Virus record (IMG/VR): IMGVR_UViG_3300026484_000436
Span: 32,001-96,000 of that record
Strand: one strand, 5' to 3'
Length of the DNA stretch: 64,000 nucleotides
Source: a virus
Shown in pieces: positions 19,678 to 30,600 of this stretch. A program made the translations under genes and the position numbers. The notes under the pieces are model-generated. The model saw only the letters and a list, made by a program, of their open reading frames with translations. It had not been told where the DNA came from and did not search any database. How positions within the stretch are numbered: position 1 is the first letter of the stretch; each line of letters starts with the position of its first letter.

Positions 19678-21342
19678 TTACTCCACAAAATTGACATCAA
19701 TACCATAAAATACTAAATACTCATATTTCTCAGAGTTTATGATATCTTCATTTGCTATATTTTTAATATATTGAACTGGATAAACTTCAACTCCATTATC
19801 CACGCTTTTATATTTTGTAACCTCAGAAATTATTTTATTTACTTCCAAAGAACTATTCATTTTATATTCATACTTTTTAATTACTTTTTTGATATAGTTA
19901 TAAACTTCATCTTGAAACTTATTATTAACTAATTTAACCTCAAAACTTAATCCTGTTATTTTCGGTATTCCTGGAATATACACTATATTTATGCCTACAA
20001 TAGAAACTCTTTTCATAAAATTATCCAAATAAAGCAACTCAGAAGTCGTTAAGTTTTTTCTAATAGGTTCATCCCCTTTTTTAACATAATAAACATTTAA
20101 GATGCAACTTTGACTCTTCATAAAATCATTTAATTTTATAATTTCTATATTCTCACCTGATACTGAAATTTCCCTTTCAAGAAATTTTTGTTCTATATAT
20201 AATTCCACCTCATTTTCAGGGTTCGTTACCATCCTTGGGGTAACTATTAAATTCATTTTTAATAAGTCGTAAAATCTTTTTATAAAGTCGTTCATAGATT
20301 CATAACTATACTTTGATAATTTTATTACGGAACCCTCTATTAAAAGTTTATATTCTTTTTCGCCATCAAAATCATCCATTTCTTTAAATTTCAATTGCCA
20401 CCCTGCTGGTATATTTTGCTCGGGTTCTAAATAAACATCATCAAAGATATTTGAATTTAAAATATGATAATAATAGTCTTCTTTTGTTACTGCTCTTCCG
20501 TTGGTTGTTTTTAAAAAGGGTGCCATAATTTTTATTTTATCAAGTGTATCTTCATCTAATCCATAAAAATAAATATCTTTAAATTCAAAATTAAAATTCA
20601 TTTTAATTTTAAAATCATTAGATTTTAATTTACCATCTGTTTCCATATAAATAAATTTAACTTTTTTTAAGTTTGTTCCAAAATTATTTTCTAAGTCATT
20701 TATATAAATAAATGCCTCTTTATTTGTTTTAGACCAATTTACGATTTTGTTATTTAGTATATAATCTTCAAACATAGTAGATAATCCAACGATTTCAAGG
20801 TCATCAATTATTGCTAACATATTATCATTATCTACACTTCTTAAAAATTCAGATTTTAGTAATAAGTTGTTTTTCTTATTAAAAAAAGTTTCGATTTCTA
20901 CTTCTTGTTTAATTCCTATTTTTAAATTTACAAAATCATTATATTTTATTTTTTTAGGTTTATCCAAATACACTATATCATAATTTTTTTTATCTATCGT
21001 AACTTTTCCTAAAACTTGCCCTAATTCTAAAATTATATCTTCATTACCTAAATAAACAAATGAAAATTCGGGTGCCTTTGCTCTTTGAAATCTATATCCT
21101 AATGGATAAGCGCTTTCAAAAACCGATGTTTCAAGTTTCGCTTTTTGTAAATATGTTTCTTCTCGGTACATTTTATTTTTGAATAAAGTCATAGAAGTAT
21201 AACCTGCTAAAAGCGAAGCAATTAAATCAGTCGTAGAATTATCCATTTTCGCTTGGATTTCCTTAAAATTATCAAGTGATTTAATATATTTTAAAAAATT
21301 TTCTTTTATTTCGTTAAAATCGACTTTTTGAATATCTAACAT
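19678..21342 (-). CDS. Baseplate wedge subunit, T4 gp6-like
   Basis: DFNEIKEN, ETYL..AKLETSV...A..LGY, AP....GRAVTKEDY motifs. Confidence 0.85.
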   Translation of the reverse strand: MLDIQKVDFNEIKENFLKYIKSLDNFKEIQAKMDNSTTDLIASLLAGYTSMTLFKNKMYREETYLQKAKLETSVFESAYPLGYRFQRAKAPEFSFVYLGNEDIILELGQVLGKVTIDKKNYDIVYLDKPKKIKYNDFVNLKIGIKQEVEIETFFNKKNNLLLKSEFLRSVDNDNMLAIIDDLEIVGLSTMFEDYILNNKIVNWSKTNKEAFIYINDLENNFGTNLKKVKFIYMETDGKLKSNDFKIKMNFNFEFKDIYFYGLDEDTLDKIKIMAPFLKTTNGRAVTKEDYYYHILNSNIFDDVYLEPEQNIPAGWQLKFKEMDDFDGEKEYKLLIEGSVIKLSKYSYESMNDFIKRFYDLLKMNLIVTPRMVTNPENEVELYIEQKFLEREISVSGENIEIIKLNDFMKSQSCILNVYYVKKGDEPIRKNLTTSELLYLDNFMKRVSIVGINIVYIPGIPKITGLSFEVKLVNNKFQDEVYNYIKKVIKKYEYKMNSSLEVNKIISEVTKYKSVDNGVEVYPVQYIKNIANEDIINSEKYEYLVFYGIDVNFVE

Positions 21343-21345
21343 TTT

Positions 21346-21705
21346 TTACCTTTGTATTATAGTAAATGATTCACTTAAACTATAAACCCCATCCAATCCA
21401 TTTATTTTAAATACCAATTTTAAAATATATAATCTTGAAGTAGAGTCTATTGATATATCAGTTTCATCCAAAAGAGTAATCTCAGGGACAAATTTTAAAA
21501 GGCAATTTTTTAGTTTTAATTTAATTGCCGTTAAATGCCAAACTTCAAGAGTCCCAAAAAGATATTCTCTTAAATCACAATCAAAATCTCTACAAAAAAA
21601 CCAATCACCTTGTATTGATTGTAGTAATAATTTGATTTTTTGAGTTATAGCATCGACATCATTAACAAATAAATTGTCTGAAATTGATAAATCCGTATAA
21701 ACCAT
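21346..21705 (-). CDS. Baseplate wedge subunit, T4 gp25-like
   Basis: DVDAITQKIKLLL...GDWFF...F.CDL..YLF...P.I motif. Confidence 0.85.
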   Translation of the reverse strand: MVYTDLSISDNLFVNDVDAITQKIKLLLQSIQGDWFFCRDFDCDLREYLFGTLEVWHLTAIKLKLKNCLLKFVPEITLLDETDISIDSTSRLYILKLVFKINGLDGVYSLSESFTIIQR

Positions 21706-21724
21706 TTTTTCCCTTTTGATGTAT

Positions 21725-22567
21725 TTAATTCAAGTTTATTGTGGCACCTTTTATATTAACATTGGCACCGGCAGTTAAATTTATGTTACCCGCCACTTTT
21801 ATGTTTAAATCCCCATTGACTTCTAGAGTATCATTTAAACCTATTTTTGTACTTCTATTACCCTTTATATCAACATTCATATTTTTTAAAACTTGTAAAA
21901 TAAAATCATCATTATATTCTTTTTTAACTAATTTATCCACAACCTCTAACAATTCTTCAAGAATATGATTATATTTATTTTTCAAAAATATATTATCGCT
22001 ATTCCCCGAAACCATAAAATTTCTATCTTGCATAACATAATAAATTTCCGTTCCTGGTACTTTATATTCACTATTCCCTTTTCCATCCACTTTTTGATAA
22101 TAACCAGTATGATGAACTCTCCACCATTCGCCTGTGGTAAAATTAAATTTTTCAAAATCATTTTGTTTATTTATTGTCATCTTAGTATTAGGGTAATCTT
22201 GTTCTGAAGAATAATTTATATCGGACATATCTGTTATATTTGTGTATTTTACTTCGACTTGTTTAACTGTCGTATGTTTGATGTCTTTTTCAGCATCTTG
22301 CTGTTCGTGATTATCAGAAACAGCAGAATCAGTTTCTTGGGCAGAATGATTTGCCTCATCTTTTGCCTTAGTTTTTAATTTATTTTCTTCACTTTTTTGC
22401 TTTAACGAAAGCATTTTTTTCGCATTATTTGTCAATTTCTTTGATTGCTCGTGTAAAGGTTTTGATATAGATTTTAATTTATCCCTAACTTCGTTTTCAA
22501 GTGGATGACCCTTTAAGTTATTTTGCCACTCATCTAATTTTTTATTTACATCACAGAACAAACCCAT
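21725..22567 (-). CDS. Baseplate central spike, gp5 C-terminal beta-helix part
   Basis: YPN, HHTG, VxG repeats, ends GATINLN. Confidence 0.75.
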   Translation of the reverse strand: MGLFCDVNKKLDEWQNNLKGHPLENEVRDKLKSISKPLHEQSKKLTNNAKKMLSLKQKSEENKLKTKAKDEANHSAQETDSAVSDNHEQQDAEKDIKHTTVKQVEVKYTNITDMSDINYSSEQDYPNTKMTINKQNDFEKFNFTTGEWWRVHHTGYYQKVDGKGNSEYKVPGTEIYYVMQDRNFMVSGNSDNIFLKNKYNHILEELLEVVDKLVKKEYNDDFILQVLKNMNVDIKGNRSTKIGLNDTLEVNGDLNIKVAGNINLTAGANVNIKGATINLN

Positions 22568-22579
22568 TTATTCTCCCTT

Positions 22580-25060
22580 TTAACAACTTGGCATATTAAG
22601 TTTAAACTTTGGAAACGATAATGAAAAGTTAAATTTTAATCCATCAAAATGAAATTTTGGTGCTGCTATTTTACAATTCAAACCATCTTCAAGCATTTTT
22701 TCAAACATATCTTCATATATTTTTTCCTGTTCTTCTGCCCATTTTTTAACCCCATCTTTCATAGAGTCCATAAATGATTTTCCATCATTATTACATAAAT
22801 CGTTTGGACTCAACCCAAACATACCTAATGCTCCTGATATTGAATTTTTGATTGCTCCTATCATATCTGCACCAAATTGGTCTATACTTCCCACGAAATC
22901 TGCAATAGCATTACCTAGATTATCAATCGTATCTCCGATTGTATCTAATAAATTCAATAACATTCCTAAAAGGCATAAAAGTGCCTTTAATAAACATAAT
23001 AAAGCACTAATCATATCAAATAATGCCTGTATAGGTCCTAATATAGAATTTACAATGTCAGCAAATTTATTGATGTATTTTTGTAAAAAGTCTTGTGCTC
23101 TTTTTAAATTATCATCTAACCACCCTTGAACTCTTGCTATACCTTTATTGACCCATTCTGATAATTTATTGGCATATTCTTGTAATTTATTTTGAAATTT
23201 TTGAGCATACCCCATCAATTTTTCTGAAAATTGATTAATCTTTGAAGACCATTGTAAAAATTTATTTCTTAAATCTTCAAGGAATGTAGTTTTTTCTTTT
23301 TTAAGTTTTTTTGGTTTATCATCTGGTAATTTTTTATTACTTTTTGAATTACCACATTTTTGTTCTTCAGGAAAATTATCCACATCCGGCAAATCGTGTA
23401 TATTCTCGTCCATAATCAATGCTATTTCATTAAAATTATTTAATGTAATTTCTCCAAAGGCAGTAACTATTTCCTCAAGATGATTATACTCTATTTCTTT
23501 TTCTACTTGTTTAAATTTATCAAATGTTACTTTTTCAATGTCTAAGACTTTTGATAAATCAGTTGTTTTTTTCTTAGGAATGTTATCATTGAAATCTGCT
23601 GGAAACCTTAAATTATTGAGATTATTTTTTGAAATAACATCAATGGGTTTTTTAACTTCTATGCCAGGTAAAGTTGAAATTAACTTATCTATTCCCTTTG
23701 TCATTTTCGAAGATTGTAATTCTTCTTTAATTTTTTTTGATAATAATTCAATTTCTTTATCAATTTTTATTAAATTATTGTTACTTTTAAAAACAAACTC
23801 TGTGGCATTCATTGTAAAATTATTCTTTTTTAACAACTCGTTTATTTCTTCAATGGATTCAAAAAACCCTGTTCCTAAAATTTCTTCAAGTGTCATTTTT
23901 TTAGACATATTTAAAAGACTATAAAATTTAAAATTATCCTGTAATTCAATCGATGCTTCTTCACTTTTTTCATCAATGGTATTTATAATTGTATGAATAC
24001 TACTAAAATCAAGAACATCTAAAAATAAACGAATATAAGCATAAATTGATTTTTCAAAATAAACGATAGAACCGAATTTATCAAATACTTCTTTTTTCAA
24101 AAGAGGTTTAACATACTTGAAAGATTGATAACCACTTAAAAATATCTTAAAAATAGTTTCATATAATTTTCTTTCGATTTCATAATTTTTAAGAATGTAA
24201 ATTATAGGCAATAAATATAAAAAATCTCCTTGAAAACTTTTATCTTTTAATAATTTTTCTACAATAAATACCTTTTTAACACCAATATCTATGAAATCTT
24301 CAATTAAATTGTATTTTAATTTTTTTGGTATAAAACTATAAATTAAGTCAATATATTTATTTTTACTAACAAAATAATTGGGTAATAACTCTTGTGAAAA
24401 ATTTAAAAATTCCCCATAACCATTTAAAATCTCATCAAGTTGCGAAGTCAAACCATAAAAGTAAGTATTTTCAAAAGGAAAGACATTTGATAACTTCATC
24501 TCTTTTTCTAAATATGGTAAAATTTCTTCATTTTTTTCACTCATTTCTTTTATAATTTTGTCTTTTTGTTTATCATTTATAGGTTGGTGTTTCACAAAGG
24601 TTGAAACTTCAATAGGTTCATCCATATTAAACAAATCATCTGTTTGATTTCTTTCAAGTAATGATATTAAAAACCCATTTTTTTTATTTAGATTGTACTC
24701 TTCTATAAAATAAAGAGTCATCATTTTAGCAATGTGTAAAAAATTAACATATTTGGCAAATTCAAGTGTTAAATCTTTTGGCATAAGATAATCATTTTTT
24801 AGTTGAAACATCAACTGATAACCATTTTCAATTTCCCCAAGAATTGCCATTTTTTGTTCTTCAGGTAAATTTTTAAAATGGTATCCTTTAATCATTTTAC
24901 TAATGAATTCAGTATTTTTTTGAAAATTATAAAGATTTGTGATTTTTCTTTCTTCAAAAAGTGTTATAACACCATTCATAAAAATTATATATTCATATAT
25001 ATTATTATATTTTTCAAAATGATAAGTATTGCTACCATATTTCTCATAAATTTTTTCCAA
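22580..25060 (-). CDS. Large hypothetical protein with an amphipathic/hydrophobic C-terminal helix
   Basis: 826 aa lying between the two gp5-like genes. Confidence 0.5.
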   Translation of the reverse strand: MEKIYEKYGSNTYHFEKYNNIYEYIIFMNGVITLFEERKITNLYNFQKNTEFISKMIKGYHFKNLPEEQKMAILGEIENGYQLMFQLKNDYLMPKDLTLEFAKYVNFLHIAKMMTLYFIEEYNLNKKNGFLISLLERNQTDDLFNMDEPIEVSTFVKHQPINDKQKDKIIKEMSEKNEEILPYLEKEMKLSNVFPFENTYFYGLTSQLDEILNGYGEFLNFSQELLPNYFVSKNKYIDLIYSFIPKKLKYNLIEDFIDIGVKKVFIVEKLLKDKSFQGDFLYLLPIIYILKNYEIERKLYETIFKIFLSGYQSFKYVKPLLKKEVFDKFGSIVYFEKSIYAYIRLFLDVLDFSSIHTIINTIDEKSEEASIELQDNFKFYSLLNMSKKMTLEEILGTGFFESIEEINELLKKNNFTMNATEFVFKSNNNLIKIDKEIELLSKKIKEELQSSKMTKGIDKLISTLPGIEVKKPIDVISKNNLNNLRFPADFNDNIPKKKTTDLSKVLDIEKVTFDKFKQVEKEIEYNHLEEIVTAFGEITLNNFNEIALIMDENIHDLPDVDNFPEEQKCGNSKSNKKLPDDKPKKLKKEKTTFLEDLRNKFLQWSSKINQFSEKLMGYAQKFQNKLQEYANKLSEWVNKGIARVQGWLDDNLKRAQDFLQKYINKFADIVNSILGPIQALFDMISALLCLLKALLCLLGMLLNLLDTIGDTIDNLGNAIADFVGSIDQFGADMIGAIKNSISGALGMFGLSPNDLCNNDGKSFMDSMKDGVKKWAEEQEKIYEDMFEKMLEDGLNCKIAAPKFHFDGLKFNFSLSFPKFKLNMPSC

Positions 25061-25071
25061 TTTTCAATCCT

Positions 25072-25386
25072 TTAAGTCATCGCAGGTGGTATTGAAGAAA
25101 TTGATTCAACTATAATTCCATTCATAATATCTTCTTCTGGGAAATATACAATTACTCTAGAGTCTATATTAGGTGTATCATTTTTGGCATTTGCCCCACT
25201 TTTGGGTGCCATTTTAATATAATACCAAGGTAAATCTTCTTTATCAATTTCATCTGTAACCCCATCGATTTGAACTTTTAATCTATTTGCTTTCAGTGGG
25301 TCAGCATCATCTACAACAGTTGATTGAAAAAAATTACCTTTTAAAAAATTTTCAATTAATAATTCTCTTTTATCTGTTAAAATCAT
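25072..25386 (-). CDS. gp5 N-terminal OB-fold domain as a stand-alone protein
   Basis: VVDDADPLKANRLKVQI.G...LPW...P..DSRVIVYF motif. Confidence 0.8.
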   Translation of the reverse strand: MILTDKRELLIENFLKGNFFQSTVVDDADPLKANRLKVQIDGVTDEIDKEDLPWYYIKMAPKSGANAKNDTPNIDSRVIVYFPEEDIMNGIIVESISSIPPAMT

Positions 25387-25403
25387 TTCTTCCCTTTATA
25401 TTT

Positions 25404-26522
25404 TTATTTAATATAAAAATCGCGAGAACAACTTATTACAAATTTTTCAAAACCCTTATTTGAAATACTCATCTCTATACCTGTTATTATATAATTGCCT
25501 TCGATGGCAAGCGAATGCTCTAATGATTTTTTAGTTATATCCTCAAATTCAATCAATTTTAATAATTCAATTTTTGTAAAATCACTAAGATTGTCAAGTG
25601 TTATTTCTAAATCAAATGTCTCTAATTTGTTCCTTAAACTTATATTAAATCTTCTTGAATAGTTATATTTCTCGTGTGTATTCATATTGTCATTTAACAC
25701 TTTATATGGATAATAAGGTACTTTATCATAAGGTTCCCCTGTAAAAAGTGAATTCGTAGGGATATCTTCTGCTATTATTTGGTGGGTTGGTATTTGAAAA
25801 TTTTGTGCCTTTCTTTCTGGACTTAATTTATAACTATAAATATCAAAATTTCCTGAAAAAATAAAGTTAGTGAATTGAATTTCATCACTTTTTTTGCTTT
25901 TCATATTTGTAATTTTTAAAGGTTTTTGTTTAAGAATGTTTGAAAAGGTATTTATCTTAAATTTCTTTTCAGGTGAAATAAATCCTAAAGATAAATCATT
26001 ATCAAAATATATATAGTCATATAAATACTCTAAAAATTTTTTTTCTGTTATATTGTATCTTAACCAGGTTTGCATATCATCACTCGCCCCTTTCGTTGTC
26101 AAATCGACAAATTCAATATTCTTCAATTCAGACATAACTTCAAGAGCACTTTTTTCTTTGAATGCTTCTTGTTTAAAATCATTTTGAAAAAAATCTGTTA
26201 AATCTACTAAGCAATTCAATGTAACATTAAACATTCCAACTTCGTTTTTTGTGAAAATAAAACTCGAAATTTGAAAAAACATTTTTTTGATATACCTATC
26301 ATTAGCAGCAATATCAACCTCAACAGGGGCACCTTGAAACATTATCTTAGACAATCTATCATAAGTTAGAGTCAAGTGTATTGAAGCATAAGGTAAATTT
26401 TCTGGGTGTAACTTATAACTTATTCCAATTGACTTAAATTCGATTTTTTCTATTTTTAAATTATTTATTGTAATCTTATTTTGAAAATTTTCATCATTTG
26501 ATAAAACATAATTTTTACCCAT
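25404..26522 (-). CDS. Baseplate hub protein, gp27/gpD-like
   Basis: Position before the gp5 OB gene; GNYIITGI...SRD C-terminus. Confidence 0.6.
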   Translation of the reverse strand: MGKNYVLSNDENFQNKITINNLKIEKIEFKSIGISYKLHPENLPYASIHLTLTYDRLSKIMFQGAPVEVDIAANDRYIKKMFFQISSFIFTKNEVGMFNVTLNCLVDLTDFFQNDFKQEAFKEKSALEVMSELKNIEFVDLTTKGASDDMQTWLRYNITEKKFLEYLYDYIYFDNDLSLGFISPEKKFKINTFSNILKQKPLKITNMKSKKSDEIQFTNFIFSGNFDIYSYKLSPERKAQNFQIPTHQIIAEDIPTNSLFTGEPYDKVPYYPYKVLNDNMNTHEKYNYSRRFNISLRNKLETFDLEITLDNLSDFTKIELLKLIEFEDITKKSLEHSLAIEGNYIITGIEMSISNKGFEKFVISCSRDFYIK

Positions 26523-26800
26523 TATTTACCTTTTTGATTTTTTATTATATAATCTTTTATAAGTGTTTTAACCGAAATCATATCAGGAATTTTCACTACA
26601 TTGACTTCGAATGGATTTATAATATCATTATAAAGAGCAATAACCCACCACATATTCAAATCAGTGTAATGCTTTAATGCTAATGTGTCAAGATTATCTT
26701 CTTCAATTGAAATGTAATTTAATTTTTTTAATTTATTTACAAAATCATTGCTCAAAAAATCATACATTCCGTTTTCGTAGTTAAAAATTTGTCCAATCAA
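26522..26800 (-). CDS. Baseplate wedge protein, gp53/LysM-like
   Basis: LDTLALKHY...WWVIALYNDIINPF motif. Confidence 0.8.
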   Translation of the reverse strand: MIGQIFNYENGMYDFLSNDFVNKLKKLNYISIEEDNLDTLALKHYTDLNMWWVIALYNDIINPFEVNVVKIPDMISVKTLIKDYIIKNQKGK

Positions 26801-26817
26801 TTCTTTTCCTTTTTATA

Positions 26818-26846
26818 ATTATATCATAAAAATACTTAAAAGTCAA
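26818..26846 (-). promoter_or_regulatory. Sigma70-type promoter with extended -10
   Basis: TTGACT-N17-TATAAT with TG at the extended position. Confidence 0.8.
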
Positions 26847-26852
26847 GTATTT

Positions 26853-27638
26853 TTAACTAAATGCTGTTTTTATTTTGAAAATTTTAGCATATTCATCTGC
26901 GAATAGACTTCTATAAAATTCAAAACTTAAATCTACTTCTATGAAAATAGGATTCCCTTCTTCGTCCCTATCATTTGATATTCTGGCATTGCCACTTTTT
27001 AAATACAACCCTCCTGGAATTTCAAGTATGTTATTTATAGTAACTTGAAATAATTCAGTATCCAGGTCAAGTACAGGATTTAATTTTGTCTTTCCTGCAT
27101 CATATAGATATTGAGTAGTTGGAGCATTTAATGCCAAGAGTTTATCTTTAATATCTCCCGTATCCATCGCCCCTACTGTAGGTTTGGCAAGTGTTCCCCT
27201 TGTTATGAATTTAATAATATCATCATAATTTATAACATCAAACATTCCAGGAATTACAAAAAATTTTAAATTAAAAGCAATTTTCCCTTCACTGCTTTTA
27301 TAAAGTTGAATTGATTCTGCCATAGATTCTCCAATAGCATCTTTTGCCATTGTATTCGCAGCACCTTTAACTACACCATCCAATCCAAATTTTTTAACGA
27401 ATGGGATATTACTCGCAAATTCCCCTGCCATATTCGCAGCACCCCTTGCTATTTTTGTCGCACCACCTGTTAAAGGAGCACTATCTGTCGTCATTGAAGT
27501 TGAAAAACCAAAATCTTCATTATATAATCCATAAATAGTTTTACACTCCATTTTTTTAGGTGGTATTATTGTAACACCATAAGTTTTAAAAATATCACTT
27601 TTCGTTTGACCTTCAATTTGAAGAAAATTTGTAGTCAT
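26853..27638 (-). CDS. Tail tube initiator, gp48/gp54-like
   Basis: Position after the tape measure; GNPIFIEVDLSF motif. Confidence 0.55.
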   Translation of the reverse strand: MTTNFLQIEGQTKSDIFKTYGVTIIPPKKMECKTIYGLYNEDFGFSTSMTTDSAPLTGGATKIARGAANMAGEFASNIPFVKKFGLDGVVKGAANTMAKDAIGESMAESIQLYKSSEGKIAFNLKFFVIPGMFDVINYDDIIKFITRGTLAKPTVGAMDTGDIKDKLLALNAPTTQYLYDAGKTKLNPVLDLDTELFQVTINNILEIPGGLYLKSGNARISNDRDEEGNPIFIEVDLSFEFYRSLFADEYAKIFKIKTAFS

Positions 27639-27650
27639 TATTCATCTCCT

Positions 27651-30600
27651 TTATAATAAGGCAAAAGCACTCATTAAATTTTTATTTATAGTATAGTTAT
27701 TCACTATATTATGTGTTTGTGATGAAGCATCCATTATACCACCACTACTTTCTTTTGTCGCCGTCGCTGCTGCGGCACCTCCTGTTAAAACCTTTCCTTT
27801 AATAGTATCAGATGTAGTTGTATCTGCTTTTTGTTTTAAATCAGGTGAATCTGGATCTTGTGTTTCGACATCTTTACTTTCTACATCCTTTACTTCTTTT
27901 GATTCTTCAGGGTCAACCTCAGGTTCTCCATCAGGTGTTTCAGGTAAATCGTCATCATCGAATATATCAAACCCTAAAAATTGTTTTGAAATTGCATCTT
28001 TTAAAGGTATTTTATCGTGAAGTGTCATATAAGCAATTTTTGCAGCATCATATGCCAATAATCCTGCTCCCACGAATGGGACTGCTCTTGCTGCCATTTT
28101 TGCTGATAACTTAGCGGCAATTTTTGCGCCACCTTTTTTACCAAACTTCTTAAAAATTTTACCTTTGATTTCTTTTAATTTACTTAAAATTGATTTACCT
28201 GAAGGTTTTTTCACCTTTTTACCGATTTTCTTTTTTGCATCGGGATTTTTAGATTTACCTGATGTTTTTTTCTTGTCTTTTCCTTTATCATCGCCTTTAT
28301 CTTTCGAATTGTCAGAATCGCCAAATTCATCATCGTCCGTATCAATTTCCGGTGTTTCACTTTTAAAAAGATTTAAAGGATTTAATTTTGAAGAAAATTG
28401 TTTTACTTTACCCCAAGCACCTTTAATTTTACCCATAAATTTTTTACCTAATCCACTAACTTTTGATAAAAGTTTTTTCCCGGAATCCATAAATCCATTC
28501 ATAACAATACCAAGAACACTACCAATTAGACCACCCACACCAGATTTGCCATCTTCATCTTTTTTTGGATCTCCTTTTGTGCCTAATTCTCCTGTTTTAT
28601 TTACTTCTTCTTTTTTACCCCATTTATTTTTCATAAAGTCAAGGATTTTGTAACTTATTGTAGAAATTTCCGATAAATAATAATCATTTGTCGCGACAGG
28701 TTTGGGAATTTTAGTTTCAACTTTACTCGGTATAGGTTCCATTTTTGGATTTTTAGATCCAACTTCGGGTGTTCCAACATCTCCATTTATGGTATTTTTT
28801 TCAACATCATCCTCATTCCCATTTTTAGTGTCATCAGGAGTTGTAGGAATACCTAATTTTTTTGCTTTCATTTTTTCAAGCACTTCATTATGAAAATCTG
28901 TATTTTTATAGTTTTCTTTCATTTGTGCTATTTTTGATGTTACAGGTTGTGCTATATTGACTATCTTATCTTTAACTCCACCTGCGAATTCTGAAACTTT
29001 ATCTTTCGCTGTGTTTATTTTTTCGGCAGTCGATTGATAAATTTTCGAACCTTGAATTTTATCTTTAATTTTAGAACCTATACTTTTTGCTTTATTGAAA
29101 AATCTATCTTTTAAAACACCTGCTGCTGAAAATAAATAATCTTTTGTTTCTTTCGATTTTTGATATAATTTTGAATTTTTTATTTTTTCGGCAATTTTTC
29201 CTGCACCTGATAAAACTTTTTTACTTAATTCCTCACCTAAAACACTTCCCCATTCTTCAAGTGAAGAAGTTTTATTTAATGATTCAACCATTTCATTTTT
29301 TGAATTTATTTTATTTTTTTCTTCTGGGTCATCTTTATGTTTAGATTTTTCAAGTAACTCTTTCTTTTCTTGTTCTGATAATTCATCTTTTTTTAGTTTT
29401 AATTCTTCAGCAGCAATCAAATCAATATTCTCAAGATACCCTAATTGTTTTTCGGCATATTCTTTTTGTGTTTTTTGGTATTCTTCAAATTCATTAAAAT
29501 AGTCTTGTTCTAATTCTTTTATTTTTTCATTTAACTTTTTAGTATCATCTTTATAAACTTCTTCAAGGATTTTTTTATCTTCTTCAAGTTGTTTAGATTG
29601 ATTTTCTTTAAAAGTTTCAATATCTTTTTTATAAGTTTCAAGTAAGTAATTTTGAAGTTTTTCCTGTTTATTATCCAATGTTTCATTTAGTTGGGTTACT
29701 TTTTTATCGTACTCTTCTTGAATTTCTTCAAGTTGTTTTTCTTTTGCTACTTCAAGATATTTCTGTTTCTTTTTCAATTCTTCATTGGATTCAATTAAAA
29801 CTTCTTTTAATCCATTTATTTCACTTTGGATGTCTTCTTTTGATTTTTGTTCTAATTTTTTTTCAAGTTCTAATTTTTCGTTTTTATATTCTTCAAGTTG
29901 TTTTTTAGTGTCCCCACCTAAACTTTCTTCTAATTTTTGAAGAGTTTCGTTTGATTGGGCAGTTGCTGTTAATTTTTGTGCTTCAAGATTATTATTAAAT
30001 TCTTCAATTGCTTTTAAATACTCTTCACTATTTTTATCCTCATATTGAGATTCAAGTTCTTCAAGTTGCTGTTTTGAATTTTCATCAATTTCTTTTAATA
30101 TATTTTCAAGTGATTTATTCTGTTCTTCAACTTGCGAAAAATACCCATCTAACCCTTGATATTTTTCACCCAAACCTGCTAATTGTTTATTAACTTCTTC
30201 GTGAGAAACGGAACCTTCAAGTTGATTCAATAATTCAGTTACTTTTTCTTTATATTGTTTTGCTTCTTCTGAATTATCATTTAACAAAACTTGACTAATA
30301 TCTTCATCCGAAATTTTTAAGTTATTTGCCTCTTTAATTTTTGAATCTCTCTCGGTCTGGAGATTCATTATTCTTTTCTTATGGGCATTTTTTAATCTAT
30401 TCACATTCTCAAAATTATTTTTCAAATATTCGGAAACATCTGCATCTTTTTGATTTTCAATAAGTTTTAAAATGCTTTTTGCTGACATTTCAAAACCGAC
30501 CATTTCAAGTGCTTTAGCAACTTGACCCTCACTTATTTTCTTTTCATTTATATAAGGGAATATATATTGTTTAATTTCTTCAATTCTTCCACTATCATTT

